A DNA stretch of 64,000 bases. Source: Bacilli bacterium (GTDB lineage Bacteria; Bacillota_I; Bacilli_A; RF39; UBA660). Shown here in pieces: positions 20,313 to 29,588 of this stretch. The DNA lies in contig JAFXPU010000002.1 in NCBI GenBank assembly GCA_017527675.1, positions 6,400 through 70,399 on the forward strand, in the 5' to 3' direction. The notes under the pieces are model-generated. The model saw only the letters and a list, made by a program, of their open reading frames with translations, was not told the DNA's origin and ran no database searches. A program made the translations under genes and the position numbers. Each line of letters opens with the position of its first letter. Positions within the stretch are counted from its first letter, which is position 1.

Positions 20313-20903
20313 ATGGAAATTGGAAAAAAGATTATGGATTTAAGAAAGAAAAATGGTCTTTCTCAAGAAGAACTTGCTGAAAAAGTAGGTGTTGCTAGAC
20401 AAACCATTTCAAAATGGGAATTAGGAGAAACATCACCTGATTTAAAACAAGCAAAAGAACTATCTAAAATATTTAATGCTAGTTTAGATGAATTAGTTAA
20501 TAATGATATTAAAGATATTTTAGTTGAAAAAACATCTAATACAGAAAAATTAGCTGGTTTAATTTTAAAACTTATTAAATTTATTGTTGTTTTTATAATA
20601 ATTGCACCTATTCTACTAATTGCTCTACGAATTATATTTAAAAATATTCACGAAAAAAATTCTGGAAGATTAATGAATACTAAAATTAATTGTACTTTGC
20701 ATGATGAAACATATGGATATGAATTTAATTTTTATGAAACTACGGGAGGTATTAAAGAAGCAGGTGGAGATGGTTATTTGGCAAACATTACTAATATTGG
20801 CAAATATGAAGACGCTTATCAGGCTTTAGATATAATAGATGCATATGTAAAAAATAATGGTGGAACTTGTACAAGAAGCGAGGCTAAACCAGTTAAAAAA
20901 TGA
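20313..20903 (+). CDS. XRE-family HTH regulator with a TM segment
   Basis: LSQEELAEKVGVARQTISKWELGET HTH; central hydrophobic helix; GAGGG RBS. Confidence 0.8.
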   Translation: MEIGKKIMDLRKKNGLSQEELAEKVGVARQTISKWELGETSPDLKQAKELSKIFNASLDELVNNDIKDILVEKTSNTEKLAGLILKLIKFIVVFIIIAPILLIALRIIFKNIHEKNSGRLMNTKINCTLHDETYGYEFNFYETTGGIKEAGGDGYLANITNIGKYEDAYQALDIIDAYVKNNGGTCTRSEAKPVKK

Positions 20904-21055
20904 TCTAACACAATCTAGATCATTTTTTATTGCTAAATATCACAATAATCATGGTTATAGAAAACGTAACAATACAATTAAAACATAAATTAATAATTAT
21001 ATGTTTATGTGAAAAATTAACAATTGCGTAGTATAATAAAATTATAGGAGGATCT

Positions 21056-21568
21056 ATGAAGAGAAAATACATATATCTATTAATGATTATTACCACTTTA
21101 TTTTTAACTAGTTGTAAAAAGACAAAAAAGATTACAATTAATTCATGTAAGAATTGTGCATTTGCATTTTATAATGAAGAATCTAGTAAAGAATTTGGCA
21201 AAAATGTTTATTTAAAAGATTTTACTTATGATTACCACGAATTAAAAAATCAAAATGGTGAAACACGAAAAATGTTTTTAGGACATATTTTAAATAATGG
21301 GAAAATTAAAAGAGGTTTTGCCTGTGGAATAAATAATGGAAATGTATTTTGCATTGAAGGAACTTATGATGGTTCAAAATACGAAGACAACGTACAAATA
21401 TTGAAAAATGTATTTGGTGATATAAACTGTAAAGAAGATGATTACTTTATATCCTGTAAGGATGATATTTTTGCAGGAACTAATAGAGATGGTACGGCAA
21501 ATGTTGGTGTTTCAGCCAGCGATATAGAATGTAACGCAATTAGCAATGGAACTATGAATTGTAGTTAA
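21056..21568 (+). CDS. Lipoprotein (Cys-rich)
   Basis: Signal peptide with lipobox LFLTSC. Confidence 0.6.
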   Translation: MKRKYIYLLMIITTLFLTSCKKTKKITINSCKNCAFAFYNEESSKEFGKNVYLKDFTYDYHELKNQNGETRKMFLGHILNNGKIKRGFACGINNGNVFCIEGTYDGSKYEDNVQILKNVFGDINCKEDDYFISCKDDIFAGTNRDGTANVGVSASDIECNAISNGTMNCS

Positions 21569-21606
21569 TTTAGAAACTTTATATTTATTTAAAATTAGGT
21601 GATTAT

Positions 21607-22113
21607 ATGGGACTAATTAATAATCAAGTATATTTAGAAAATAATTATAAAATATGGAAAAAAATTTTTTCTGAAGAAAAAGAAAAATTAAATAAAATTT
21701 TTTCTGAAGATAATTTTGAAATTGAACATGTTGGATCAACCGCCATTGAAAACTTGTCAGCTAAGCCAATTGTAGATATTGCCATTGGTGTACCAAGTTT
21801 TGATAATTTTAAAAAATATTTAAATAAACTTTCAAAATTATATATAATTAAAGAAAACTATGAAAATGATGAGATTTTATTAATAAAGGAAAAAGGTAAT
21901 GAGACTTTTTTTCTTATTCATGTTATTCCTATCAATTGTATTCGTTATAAAAATATGATTGCTTTTAGAGATATATTAAGAGTTAATTGTAATATATTAA
22001 AAAAGTACGAAATGTTAAAGATTAATTTGGCTAATAAATATTCTAATAACAGACAAATGTATACTAAATCTAAAAATGATTTTATCAATGAAATACTAAA
22101 AAACACTAACTAA
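21607..22113 (+). CDS. GrpB-family protein
   Basis: IEHVGSTAIENLSAKPIVDIAIGV is characteristic of GrpB/UPF0157. Confidence 0.7.
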   Translation: MGLINNQVYLENNYKIWKKIFSEEKEKLNKIFSEDNFEIEHVGSTAIENLSAKPIVDIAIGVPSFDNFKKYLNKLSKLYIIKENYENDEILLIKEKGNETFFLIHVIPINCIRYKNMIAFRDILRVNCNILKKYEMLKINLANKYSNNRQMYTKSKNDFINEILKNTN

Positions 22114-22239
22114 ATAGTTAGTGTTTTAATATTCTAAATGGCACGATAATTATATGGGTTTAAAACTATTAGAATATATTTTACTGCAAATATAAGTAAT
22201 TTAAAACATATGATATAATATTATTTGAGGTGTAATAAT

Positions 22240-22647
22240 ATGATTGAAATAAATAAACTAACTATTGACGAGTATTATAAATTATTAGATGCATTAAATT
22301 GGAAAAGGCCTTCAGAAAGGTTATTAAAAATAAGTTTAGATAATGGAATAAATGTAAAATATGTGCTTAATGGTAAAACTATTGGAATGGCAAGGTTTGT
22401 AACAGATGGTGGATATGCTGGATTAATAATGGATGTAATAGTGCTTCCAGAATATCATGGTAATGGTTATGGCACCGAAATGATTAGTGCTTTAATTGAA
22501 TATATAAAAGATGGCATTAAAGAGGATGAAGAAATAATGATTCAACTTTTATCAGCTCCAGGTAAACAAGATTTTTATTCAAAGTTTGGATTTAAAGTGA
22601 AAAAAGAGGTTGCTGAAGATGGTATGTATATGTGGTTAAAAAAATGA
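22240..22647 (+). CDS. GNAT-family N-acetyltransferase
   Basis: Acetyl-CoA-binding region HGNGYGTEMISALIEY. Start moved to MIEINK (GAGGTG RBS). Confidence 0.75.
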   Translation: MIEINKLTIDEYYKLLDALNWKRPSERLLKISLDNGINVKYVLNGKTIGMARFVTDGGYAGLIMDVIVLPEYHGNGYGTEMISALIEYIKDGIKEDEEIMIQLLSAPGKQDFYSKFGFKVKKEVAEDGMYMWLKK

Positions 22648-22875
22648 TTTAGGGAGACCTAAATCATTTTAATTATCTATGGCATCAGTAGTTACCTATT
22701 GGGAAACTACATTTATACCATTCAACTGCTATAAATAATATAACATAAATCAATATTTTAGTAAATAGATTAAAATACCTTTTAAAAACATTTTTAAAAG
22801 CTCATATAAGATAGTTTCTATAAAATATGAATAAATATACTTGAATCTATATTTATTTAAATTAGGTGTTAAAAA

Positions 22876-23076
22876 ATGAAATTTACCGAAGGTGGATTTA
22901 CCACTTCGGTAAAACCGTCAACGGAAAACCCCAAAGAACTAAAGAATAAATATAAAAAAGATATAATAGATAAATATCCATATGTACGGTATGAACGAAC
23001 ATGTGGATACCGCTTAGATATAATAAATACTATAATAATAAAGATAAAGAAGATATATATTATAGAAGATTATTAA
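22876..23076 (+). CDS. Small hypothetical protein
   Basis: 66 aa. AGGTG RBS 7 nt upstream. Overlaps the 3' end of the convergent 427-aa gene. Confidence 0.3.
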   Translation: MKFTEGGFTTSVKPSTENPKELKNKYKKDIIDKYPYVRYERTCGYRLDIINTIIIKIKKIYIIEDY

Positions 23077-24343
23077 TTTCATAATATATATTATTATGAC
23101 AAGAAGATTCCATCAATGATAAATCTATTTTTATTAATTTATAAATATTTAATAGTAGGATATCAAAAACAAAATAAGAATAATATTGTTGTTCCTCATC
23201 AGACAGTTGTTTTCTTTTTTTATTATAATGTATATAATAAACTCTTGCTTCTTTAACATTGTCAGCAATTATAGGAATATCACTTATATTACATTTTAAA
23301 ATTACATTTATATTTGCAATTAAATGTTCCACTTTATCAACATAATCAGGTTCTTTTGCTTTTGGCTTTTTTTGTTTTGTTAAACTTAATGCATTAACAA
23401 AATCATATTCATTTGAAAAATACTCCAAAGCTGTTGTTCCCAATATAAATCTATTAATATTTGGTATAAAACAAGATATTGTATTATAGTATACATCTAA
23501 TGCAGGTAATAATTGTAAATACTGATTTTGAAACTCTTGATACACTTCACTTATATTAGTAATCTTTTCAATTTTAACCATCTTATGAGCAAATAACTCT
23601 TCATCTATTGGATAAACTTTATCAATTCTGCAGTCTATTAATTGATACTCACTATTATCTATTGATATAATTTGTCTTGAAACAGTTATGTGCTTTCTCA
23701 AAAGAATAATTAAAAAACATCTAAATTTATATATTTCATTTAATGTATTTGATAAACTTAAATTTTTTTTAAAAGTAAAGTCAACTATAGTTTCTCTTTC
23801 AACTGACAGCAATTTTTGTCCATTACGATTTTTACAAGAAAAACAAATATTTATATCTGATTCATTAGTATTTATTTTATAATTAGATGGTGTTACTTTA
23901 TATGTCATAGTAGTAGTATCTAATTCGTATGGCTGATCATTAGTAAATGAATCAATGTTATCATAAATTACATTTGCTTTTGAGAATAGTTTTCTATCAA
24001 TTTTTGATACTTTTTTTCCAAGTAATATTCTATCAATAATAAACTCAGCTTCATATATATTTTTTTGAGGCTCATTTTTAAACATAGTATAAGGGCTTCC
24101 ACAATAAGTACAATTAATTAAAGTTATATCAATATTTTCAACAACAATACTTCCACATATAGTATCTCTATTTGCATTGATTTTCCTCCAATGTTCAATG
24201 TCTTTTGACATGTTTATAGATAATGTAATATGGTTATTATTTGTATTTAAAGATCCATAATATATTTTTTTATCAATATTTACTTTTAAAGAAACATTAT
24301 TAAAATCTTTATAAGTATTGTATTTTGATTTCATAATAATCAT
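23060..24343 (-). CDS. Hypothetical 427-aa protein (possible C-terminal HEPN-like Rx4H motif)
   Basis: Long ORF with AT-rich but consistent coding. The C-terminal EARVYYIHYNKKR fits an R-x4-H pattern. Lies upstream of the SWIM/SNF2 pair. Confidence 0.5.
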   Translation of the reverse strand: MIIMKSKYNTYKDFNNVSLKVNIDKKIYYGSLNTNNNHITLSINMSKDIEHWRKINANRDTICGSIVVENIDITLINCTYCGSPYTMFKNEPQKNIYEAEFIIDRILLGKKVSKIDRKLFSKANVIYDNIDSFTNDQPYELDTTTMTYKVTPSNYKINTNESDINICFSCKNRNGQKLLSVERETIVDFTFKKNLSLSNTLNEIYKFRCFLIILLRKHITVSRQIISIDNSEYQLIDCRIDKVYPIDEELFAHKMVKIEKITNISEVYQEFQNQYLQLLPALDVYYNTISCFIPNINRFILGTTALEYFSNEYDFVNALSLTKQKKPKAKEPDYVDKVEHLIANINVILKCNISDIPIIADNVKEARVYYIHYNKKRKQLSDEEQQYYSYFVFDILLLNIYKLIKIDLSLMESSCHNNIYYEINNLL

Positions 24344-24469
24344 CTCCTAAATATAATTATATCATACAGATATAAAGAATAATCCGTTAGTGGGCTACTC
24401 ATTTTTATTCTATACTAATTTATCATAATTCTAGCCCACAATTCATCACATTGTTTTTGTCTATAAAAC

Positions 24470-24506
24470 AAAGTAAAAATAAAAATAAAATCCCACAATT
24501 GTGGGA
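24470..24506 (-). terminator. Palindrome CCCACAATTGTGGG followed (on the minus strand) by a T-rich tract; candidate terminator of the SNF2-SWIM operon
   Basis: Perfect 14-nt palindrome at 24492-24505 flanked by an A/T run. A second palindrome, TTTTGCAAGTGCAAAA, sits at 24510-24526. Confidence 0.4.
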
Positions 24507-24670
24507 TAATTTTGCAAGTGCAAAATAAGTTTGATATCACTCTTTTTCTTATGAAATAAGGAAATATTGAGTATATAGATATCATTCTCTTATGCTCTTG
24601 CTAAAATATTCTATAAAATTCCATGATTTGTGGGACATTATAGCCCATTTATGGGATTATAAGTCAATAA

Positions 24671-25651
24671 TTATTTCTTACTAAAAATACTAAAAAATTT
24701 TGAAAACAAACTTTTTTTATTATTAGTATTTTGATTAACATAAGGTTCTTGTGATTCAGTGCTGTTAATTAATCCTTTAGAATCTTCAAAATCATTTGAA
24801 GATGAAAAATTGGTAATAAATGTACTCTCATCTATTTCATTAATTTCTTCAGAAGATTGTTCTTCATTTAATTCATCTGTAATAGGTTTTTCTAGAATAT
24901 TCGTTGTCTGATTTAACAATTCTTTATTAGCTGAATTAGTATCTGAATACAATATTTTGTTTACATCAATTTTTTCATTATCATCTTCATAATCAACACC
25001 AAACAATGATGAAATATCGTTGTCACTAATTTTTCTATCAGATTCCGAATTAATTTTATCCCAAACATACTCATTTTCTTTTTTAACAATTTTCTTTGTA
25101 AACTCTGTTAAATCAATACCTCGTAACTTAAAGAAAATTAATGGATCCTTATCTAATTTATTACCGATTGCATACATTGTAGCAGCAATATGCTTACACA
25201 TATGCATATTTGTTAAATAGTCAAGACATGTGCAGTTATAATCTATCTCATTACTTTTTGGAAATAATCCATATTCTTCATCGGTAAAAAATTGCTGATA
25301 TTCTTTTGGGAAAGACCCAGTCATTAATGATTCAAGATTGTCAACCGAATTTTCACATGTATTCAATATATTATCATATTTGTTTTTATCAATTGTTTTA
25401 ATATTTATTATCACTTTATATGGTTCTTTTGAATGACCCTGCACCAATGATTCTGCACAATTACTCGATATAGAAAGATTTTTTACTGTATTTTGCCTAA
25501 TATATGTTCTTCCTCTTTCTAATCTATTTCGTAAGTCACTATAATTTTCAATGTTTCTACACCACATTTGTCCCCACCAAGATGAGGATATTATTCTTCC
25601 ATCTATTTTTACTTCACCATAATCTAATTTATCATTCATTATTTTATTCAC
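24671..25651 (-). CDS. SWIM zinc-finger protein
   Basis: CTCLDYLTNMHMCKHIAATMYAIG fits the SWIM CxCx(n)CxH motif. Start overlaps the SNF2 stop by 8 nt. Confidence 0.8.
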   Translation of the reverse strand: MNKIMNDKLDYGEVKIDGRIISSSWWGQMWCRNIENYSDLRNRLERGRTYIRQNTVKNLSISSNCAESLVQGHSKEPYKVIINIKTIDKNKYDNILNTCENSVDNLESLMTGSFPKEYQQFFTDEEYGLFPKSNEIDYNCTCLDYLTNMHMCKHIAATMYAIGNKLDKDPLIFFKLRGIDLTEFTKKIVKKENEYVWDKINSESDRKISDNDISSLFGVDYEDDNEKIDVNKILYSDTNSANKELLNQTTNILEKPITDELNEEQSSEEINEIDESTFITNFSSSNDFEDSKGLINSTESQEPYVNQNTNNKKSLFSKFFSIFSKK

Positions 25652-28256
25652 CTCTATATTGAATTGCTTTTAATAATTCTTCTGTTGATAGTTTATTAAA
25701 TACATTATTATCAACATTATCTAATACAGAATCTGATAATTTTGTTTTAGTTTCCATTAATGCAGCGATAATTTCTTCTATGGTATCTCTAGTCGTAAAT
25801 TTATAAACATTAACACATTTCTTCTGACCAATTCTATACGCTCTATCTGTTGCTTGATTTTCAACTGCTGGGTTCCACCATCTATCAAAATGAATAACAT
25901 TAGTTGCACTTGTTAAATTTAATCCGACACCTGCAGCCTTTAACGACAAAATCATGTACGGAACATCGCCATTTTGAAACTCATTAACATATTTATCTCT
26001 TTGAGTTGTAGATGTATCACCAGTAATGATAAATCCCTCTTTATGAAAGACTTCTTTTAGTAAATTATTAAGTGGTTCTGTTATTTCTTTAAATTGAGTA
26101 AATATAAGAACTTTTTCTCTTTTCTCGAAAATAGTTTCGCATAATTCTTTTAATGCTACAAATTTTCCACTATCTAAAATTGAAAAATCCTCATCACCAG
26201 TAAATTGAGATGGATGGTTACAAATTTGTTTTAAGTGTAAAATTGCAGTGAGCACAATTCTTTTTTGAGCAAACTGATTTTCTTCACTTATTTTTTTATC
26301 ATCCAATTCTGAAACAATTTTTTTATATAAAACAATTTGTTTTTTAGTTAATTCTGTAAATAAGACATTTTCATTTTTTTCTGGTAAATCATCTATTATT
26401 TTTTTATCTGTCTTTAATCTTCTTAAAATAAATGGCTTTATAATCTTACTTAAACTTGAAACATTATTGGTATTTGCACTTTTTATATTATAATTTTTTC
26501 TAAATTCGGATTCACTACCAAGTAAACCAGGATTTAAAAAATCAAAAACAGACCATAGATTTAATAAGTTATTTTCAATAGGTGTTCCAGTTAAAGCAAT
26601 TGAAGTTTCTCTTTTAATAGATTTTATTTTTTTAGCAGTCTTTGTATCGGGATTTTTAATTGCTTGTGCTTCATCTAAAATAGTTATTCCCCAATCAATA
26701 TCATACAATGTAGTTAAACTTTGTGATACTTGATATGTAGTTATTGTTAAAAAAGATTTTTTGATTTTCAAAGCGTCTGAGTTAATATATCTAGCAATAT
26801 AGTAATCCATTGTAGGAGTAAACTTTTGTATTTCTCTTTCCCAGTTTCCTAATAGTGATGCTGGAACAATTAACAATACATGTTTATCAGAAAATTTACT
26901 ATAAGACAAAAGAAACGCAAGAATTTGAATTGTCTTTCCCAATCCCATATCGTCTGCAAGACAAACTCCAAAACCAAATTGACTCATACCTAAAAGCCAC
27001 TTAAACCCGTCCATTTGATAAGGTCTTAGTTTTCCATTAAAATTATTTGAAATATCAAGTAACTCAGGAGTACTATCTAAATTTTTATTTACTAAGTTTT
27101 GAATCCAATTATCGTTTGTAAATTCTATTTTAATATCGTCATCTTTATAAGTATTTATCCTTGTATAATGAACTAATTCTGAAAAACTTGAACCATCATT
27201 TTTTATTATTTCATATTCATCAAGTAATTTTTTAAGTTTATTTTTATCAATTTCAACCCATTTACCTTTAATAACAGATAATCCTTCAGTTTTTACTAAT
27301 AATTCTTCTATTTCGTCTTGAGTTATATCTATTCCTTGATATTTCATTTTTGGAGAAAATCCGATTAAATTTCCAATATTAAAATACCCAAATCCATCTT
27401 TTTTCTTTTGCTCAATATCAACTTCTATGGATGTAGATTTGCTTCTTTGACTCCACCAATTTGGAATGCGGCAAACAATTCCATTTTTTTCATAAATTGA
27501 GATTTCTTTCAAAAAAGTATATGCCTCTTCTGTATTTAAATAAATTGGTGAGAAAATTTCTCCATTCTGAATTAAATTATTAATAAAAGTGCTTTCCTTT
27601 GCAACTTTATAAAGTGATTTTGTTAATTCACGAAATTCAGTTTCCATATTGTTGTACTCTTTTAATGCTTGACGTAATGGAAAGTGCTTTATACTACCAT
27701 CTTTTATTGTGGTATATGTAACCATAAAAGCAAATGGAGCATCACCATTAGGTGCTTCTACCATGTGAAAATAAACACGTGAAGGAACAATTAATGTCTT
27801 GTTTTTATTTGTAAAATATAAATCAACACTTCCTTCAAATTTAGAAATTTCACTTTTATAAATATCGAGTAAATTGTTAATTATGTTTTTAATCCAATCT
27901 AAATTAATAAACTCATTTCCAATACAAAAAGGTGTATCTTCTAATAGTTCATTTAATTCAAAATCATCATAATTAATTTCAATATTATTTCTAACAATTT
28001 CAAGTCCAGGAATATTTAATATATATCTTATTAATCTTTTTGATATTTTTTGCAAATATCTTGTTGATTCAAATTCTATATTTTCATTATCTTCAAATGC
28101 CAAATTAAAAACAATTGAATATTTATTATCATTAATATAATCGATATTGTCGGTGCTTAGATTAACATAGTCTGATTTAAAATCTAATTCGGTAAAAATA
28201 AAATTAACTGAGTTCAAATCTATCACCTCTTTATAATTATAACATGAAATATACAT
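25644..28256 (-). CDS. SNF2-family helicase with an N-terminal SNF2-associated domain
   Basis: LRPYQMDGFKWLL...LADDMGLGKTIQ (motifs I/Ia), DEAQAIKN (DExx box), and C-terminal helicase motifs (QATDRAYRIGQKK). Confidence 0.9.
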   Translation of the reverse strand: MYISCYNYKEVIDLNSVNFIFTELDFKSDYVNLSTDNIDYINDNKYSIVFNLAFEDNENIEFESTRYLQKISKRLIRYILNIPGLEIVRNNIEINYDDFELNELLEDTPFCIGNEFINLDWIKNIINNLLDIYKSEISKFEGSVDLYFTNKNKTLIVPSRVYFHMVEAPNGDAPFAFMVTYTTIKDGSIKHFPLRQALKEYNNMETEFRELTKSLYKVAKESTFINNLIQNGEIFSPIYLNTEEAYTFLKEISIYEKNGIVCRIPNWWSQRSKSTSIEVDIEQKKKDGFGYFNIGNLIGFSPKMKYQGIDITQDEIEELLVKTEGLSVIKGKWVEIDKNKLKKLLDEYEIIKNDGSSFSELVHYTRINTYKDDDIKIEFTNDNWIQNLVNKNLDSTPELLDISNNFNGKLRPYQMDGFKWLLGMSQFGFGVCLADDMGLGKTIQILAFLLSYSKFSDKHVLLIVPASLLGNWEREIQKFTPTMDYYIARYINSDALKIKKSFLTITTYQVSQSLTTLYDIDWGITILDEAQAIKNPDTKTAKKIKSIKRETSIALTGTPIENNLLNLWSVFDFLNPGLLGSESEFRKNYNIKSANTNNVSSLSKIIKPFILRRLKTDKKIIDDLPEKNENVLFTELTKKQIVLYKKIVSELDDKKISEENQFAQKRIVLTAILHLKQICNHPSQFTGDEDFSILDSGKFVALKELCETIFEKREKVLIFTQFKEITEPLNNLLKEVFHKEGFIITGDTSTTQRDKYVNEFQNGDVPYMILSLKAAGVGLNLTSATNVIHFDRWWNPAVENQATDRAYRIGQKKCVNVYKFTTRDTIEEIIAALMETKTKLSDSVLDNVDNNVFNKLSTEELLKAIQYRGE

Positions 28257-28496
28257 TTTTCAGTCATTAGGTTCAAACCAATAATAATGTTTTAATGTTA
28301 TGTGGATTATTGTGGCTTTATTATGACCACAATTTATTAATTTTTTATGTACAAAAAAGTAACAGGATAAGACGCTGACACCCACACTTCAAAAATTCTT
28401 AGATAATATCTAGAAATTTGTGGTGTCAAACTTATTTCGAACTTTCGAAATTGCTCCTAAAAACTAATAAAATTTTTACAAAGCTAGGTAATACCT

Positions 28497-28546
28497 AATA
28501 AAAAGTGCTCCCAAATTGATATTTTTGTGATACCTTTTTGGGAGCA
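28497..28546 (-). terminator. Hairpin GCTCCCA...TGGGAGC followed by ACTTTTT (minus strand)
   Basis: 7-bp GC-containing stem and a 26-nt loop, downstream of the small ORF at 28579..28782. Confidence 0.3.
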
Positions 28547-28578
28547 AAAATTACTAAAATTAAATTATTAACATATGC

Positions 28579-28782
28579 TTAATCTGAATAATTAAAGAAT
28601 AGAATCATAAAATTATCAAGTACTGCTTTATGTGGTTCAAGATAAGTAAGATTAGTTGTATTTAGTTTAACTAGATTACCGCAAATATACTTTGGTTTTA
28701 ATGACATACTTTTTAGACTAAAATCTACTTTATTTTTAATTGTCTTATCCATATCAATTTTAGTTTTTTTAATTTTTAACAT
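28579..28782 (-). CDS. Small hypothetical protein (67 aa)
   Basis: AAAGGAG RBS about 10 nt upstream; no recognisable motif. Confidence 0.3.
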   Translation of the reverse strand: MLKIKKTKIDMDKTIKNKVDFSLKSMSLKPKYICGNLVKLNTTNLTYLEPHKAVLDNFMILFFNYSD

Positions 28783-28864
28783 AAAAAATCGACTCCTTTC
28801 TGGAATCGAATTTTCTTTTATAAACTGGAACTTTGAACTTGTTTGTCCGCAGTAACTAACTAAA

Positions 28865-28938
28865 TGGCAGGGGTAGCAGGAGTCGAACCCACATCAGCGG
28901 TTTTGGAGACCGTTATTCTACCATTGAACTATACCCCT
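28865..28938 (-). tRNA. tRNA-Trp (anticodon CCA)
   Basis: Reverse complement AGGGGTATAGTTCAATGGTAGAATAACGGTCTCCAAAACCGCTGATGTGGGTTCGACTCCTGCTACCCCTGCCA. Cloverleaf with anticodon loop CTCCAAA and an encoded 3' CCA. Confidence 0.85.
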
Positions 28939-28949
28939 AGAGCAAAGTA

Positions 28950-28978
28950 ATTATAACATAAATGAAAAGACATTTCAA
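28950..28978 (-). promoter_or_regulatory. Sigma70-type promoter for tRNA-Trp
   Basis: Minus-strand TTGAAA, 17 nt spacer, TATAAT, ending about 12 nt before the tRNA 5' end. Confidence 0.7.
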
Positions 28979-29019
28979 CTACTTTTACACAATAAAGACA
29001 CATTATTTTAAAAAAAGTA

Positions 29020-29048
29020 TTGACTTTAAACTTATTTTCATATATACT
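29020..29048 (+). promoter_or_regulatory. Sigma70-type promoter for tRNA-Ala
   Basis: TTGACT, 17 nt spacer, TATACT, about 26 nt upstream of the tRNA. Confidence 0.7.
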
Positions 29049-29074
29049 TAACTAGTAATGTTTCATTACAAGTT

Positions 29075-29151
29075 GGGGAATTAGCTCAGCTGGCTAGAGC
29101 ACCTGCCCTGCACGCAGGGGGTCAAGGGTTCGAATCCCTCATTCTCCACCA
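29075..29151 (+). tRNA. tRNA-Ala (anticodon UGC)
   Basis: GGGGAATTAGCTCAGCTGGCTAGAGCACCTGCCCTGCACGCAGGGGGTCAAGGGTTCGAATCCCTCATTCTCCACCA. G3:U70 alanine identity pair; anticodon stem CCTGC/GCAGG; loop CCTGCAC with anticodon TGC. Confidence 0.8.
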
Positions 29152-29161
29152 TTTGAATATT

Positions 29162-29185
29162 AACTCGCTTATGCGAGTTTTTTTG
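29162..29185 (+). terminator. Intrinsic terminator after tRNA-Ala
   Basis: ACTCGC-TTAT-GCGAGT hairpin followed by TTTTTT. Confidence 0.75.
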
Positions 29186-29207
29186 TGTTTATTGAATATA
29201 ATTTAAT

Positions 29208-29588
29208 ATGAATTATGATTTAGAAGAAAAATTAAAACAATTAAAAATAGAAGATTTTATTTGGGTAATTTATATTGGTATTATTTTTTTAAGTTGGTAT
29301 TCTAATAGTTTGGAAAGAAAATATTATGTTTATCATGATATTAATAGTAAAAACAAATATAGATATATATTAATACTTATTTTTGCTATTTTATTAATTG
29401 TTTATTTTTATTTTTTAAAAGATGCATTAGATGATTATAGAAATTTAAAGGATACAGATAGTGACAAAAAAAAGAACCTTGTAACACTATCTTTACTTGG
29501 TTCTCTATTTATTTTTATAAGTGGAATTATTTTCCTATATATTGCTTATGCTGATGAAGATTTAAATGTTGAAATTGCTTTTAACTAA
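29208..29588 (+). CDS. Small membrane protein
   Basis: 126 aa, three hydrophobic helices. Confidence 0.4.
   Translation: MNYDLEEKLKQLKIEDFIWVIYIGIIFLSWYSNSLERKYYVYHDINSKNKYRYILILIFAILLIVYFYFLKDALDDYRNLKDTDSDKKKNLVTLSLLGSLFIFISGIIFLYIAYADEDLNVEIAFN

Noticed and set aside
11190-23000. The accessory stretch around the T4SS-coupling-like gene as an intact integrative/conjugative element
   Set aside because: The window shows no integrase, relaxase, VirB4 or other T4SS components and no flanking direct repeats. At most it is a remnant.
23688-25220. Small plus-strand ORFs 23688..23882 and 25020..25220
   Set aside because: Antisense to the 427-aa and SWIM genes respectively; no supporting signals.
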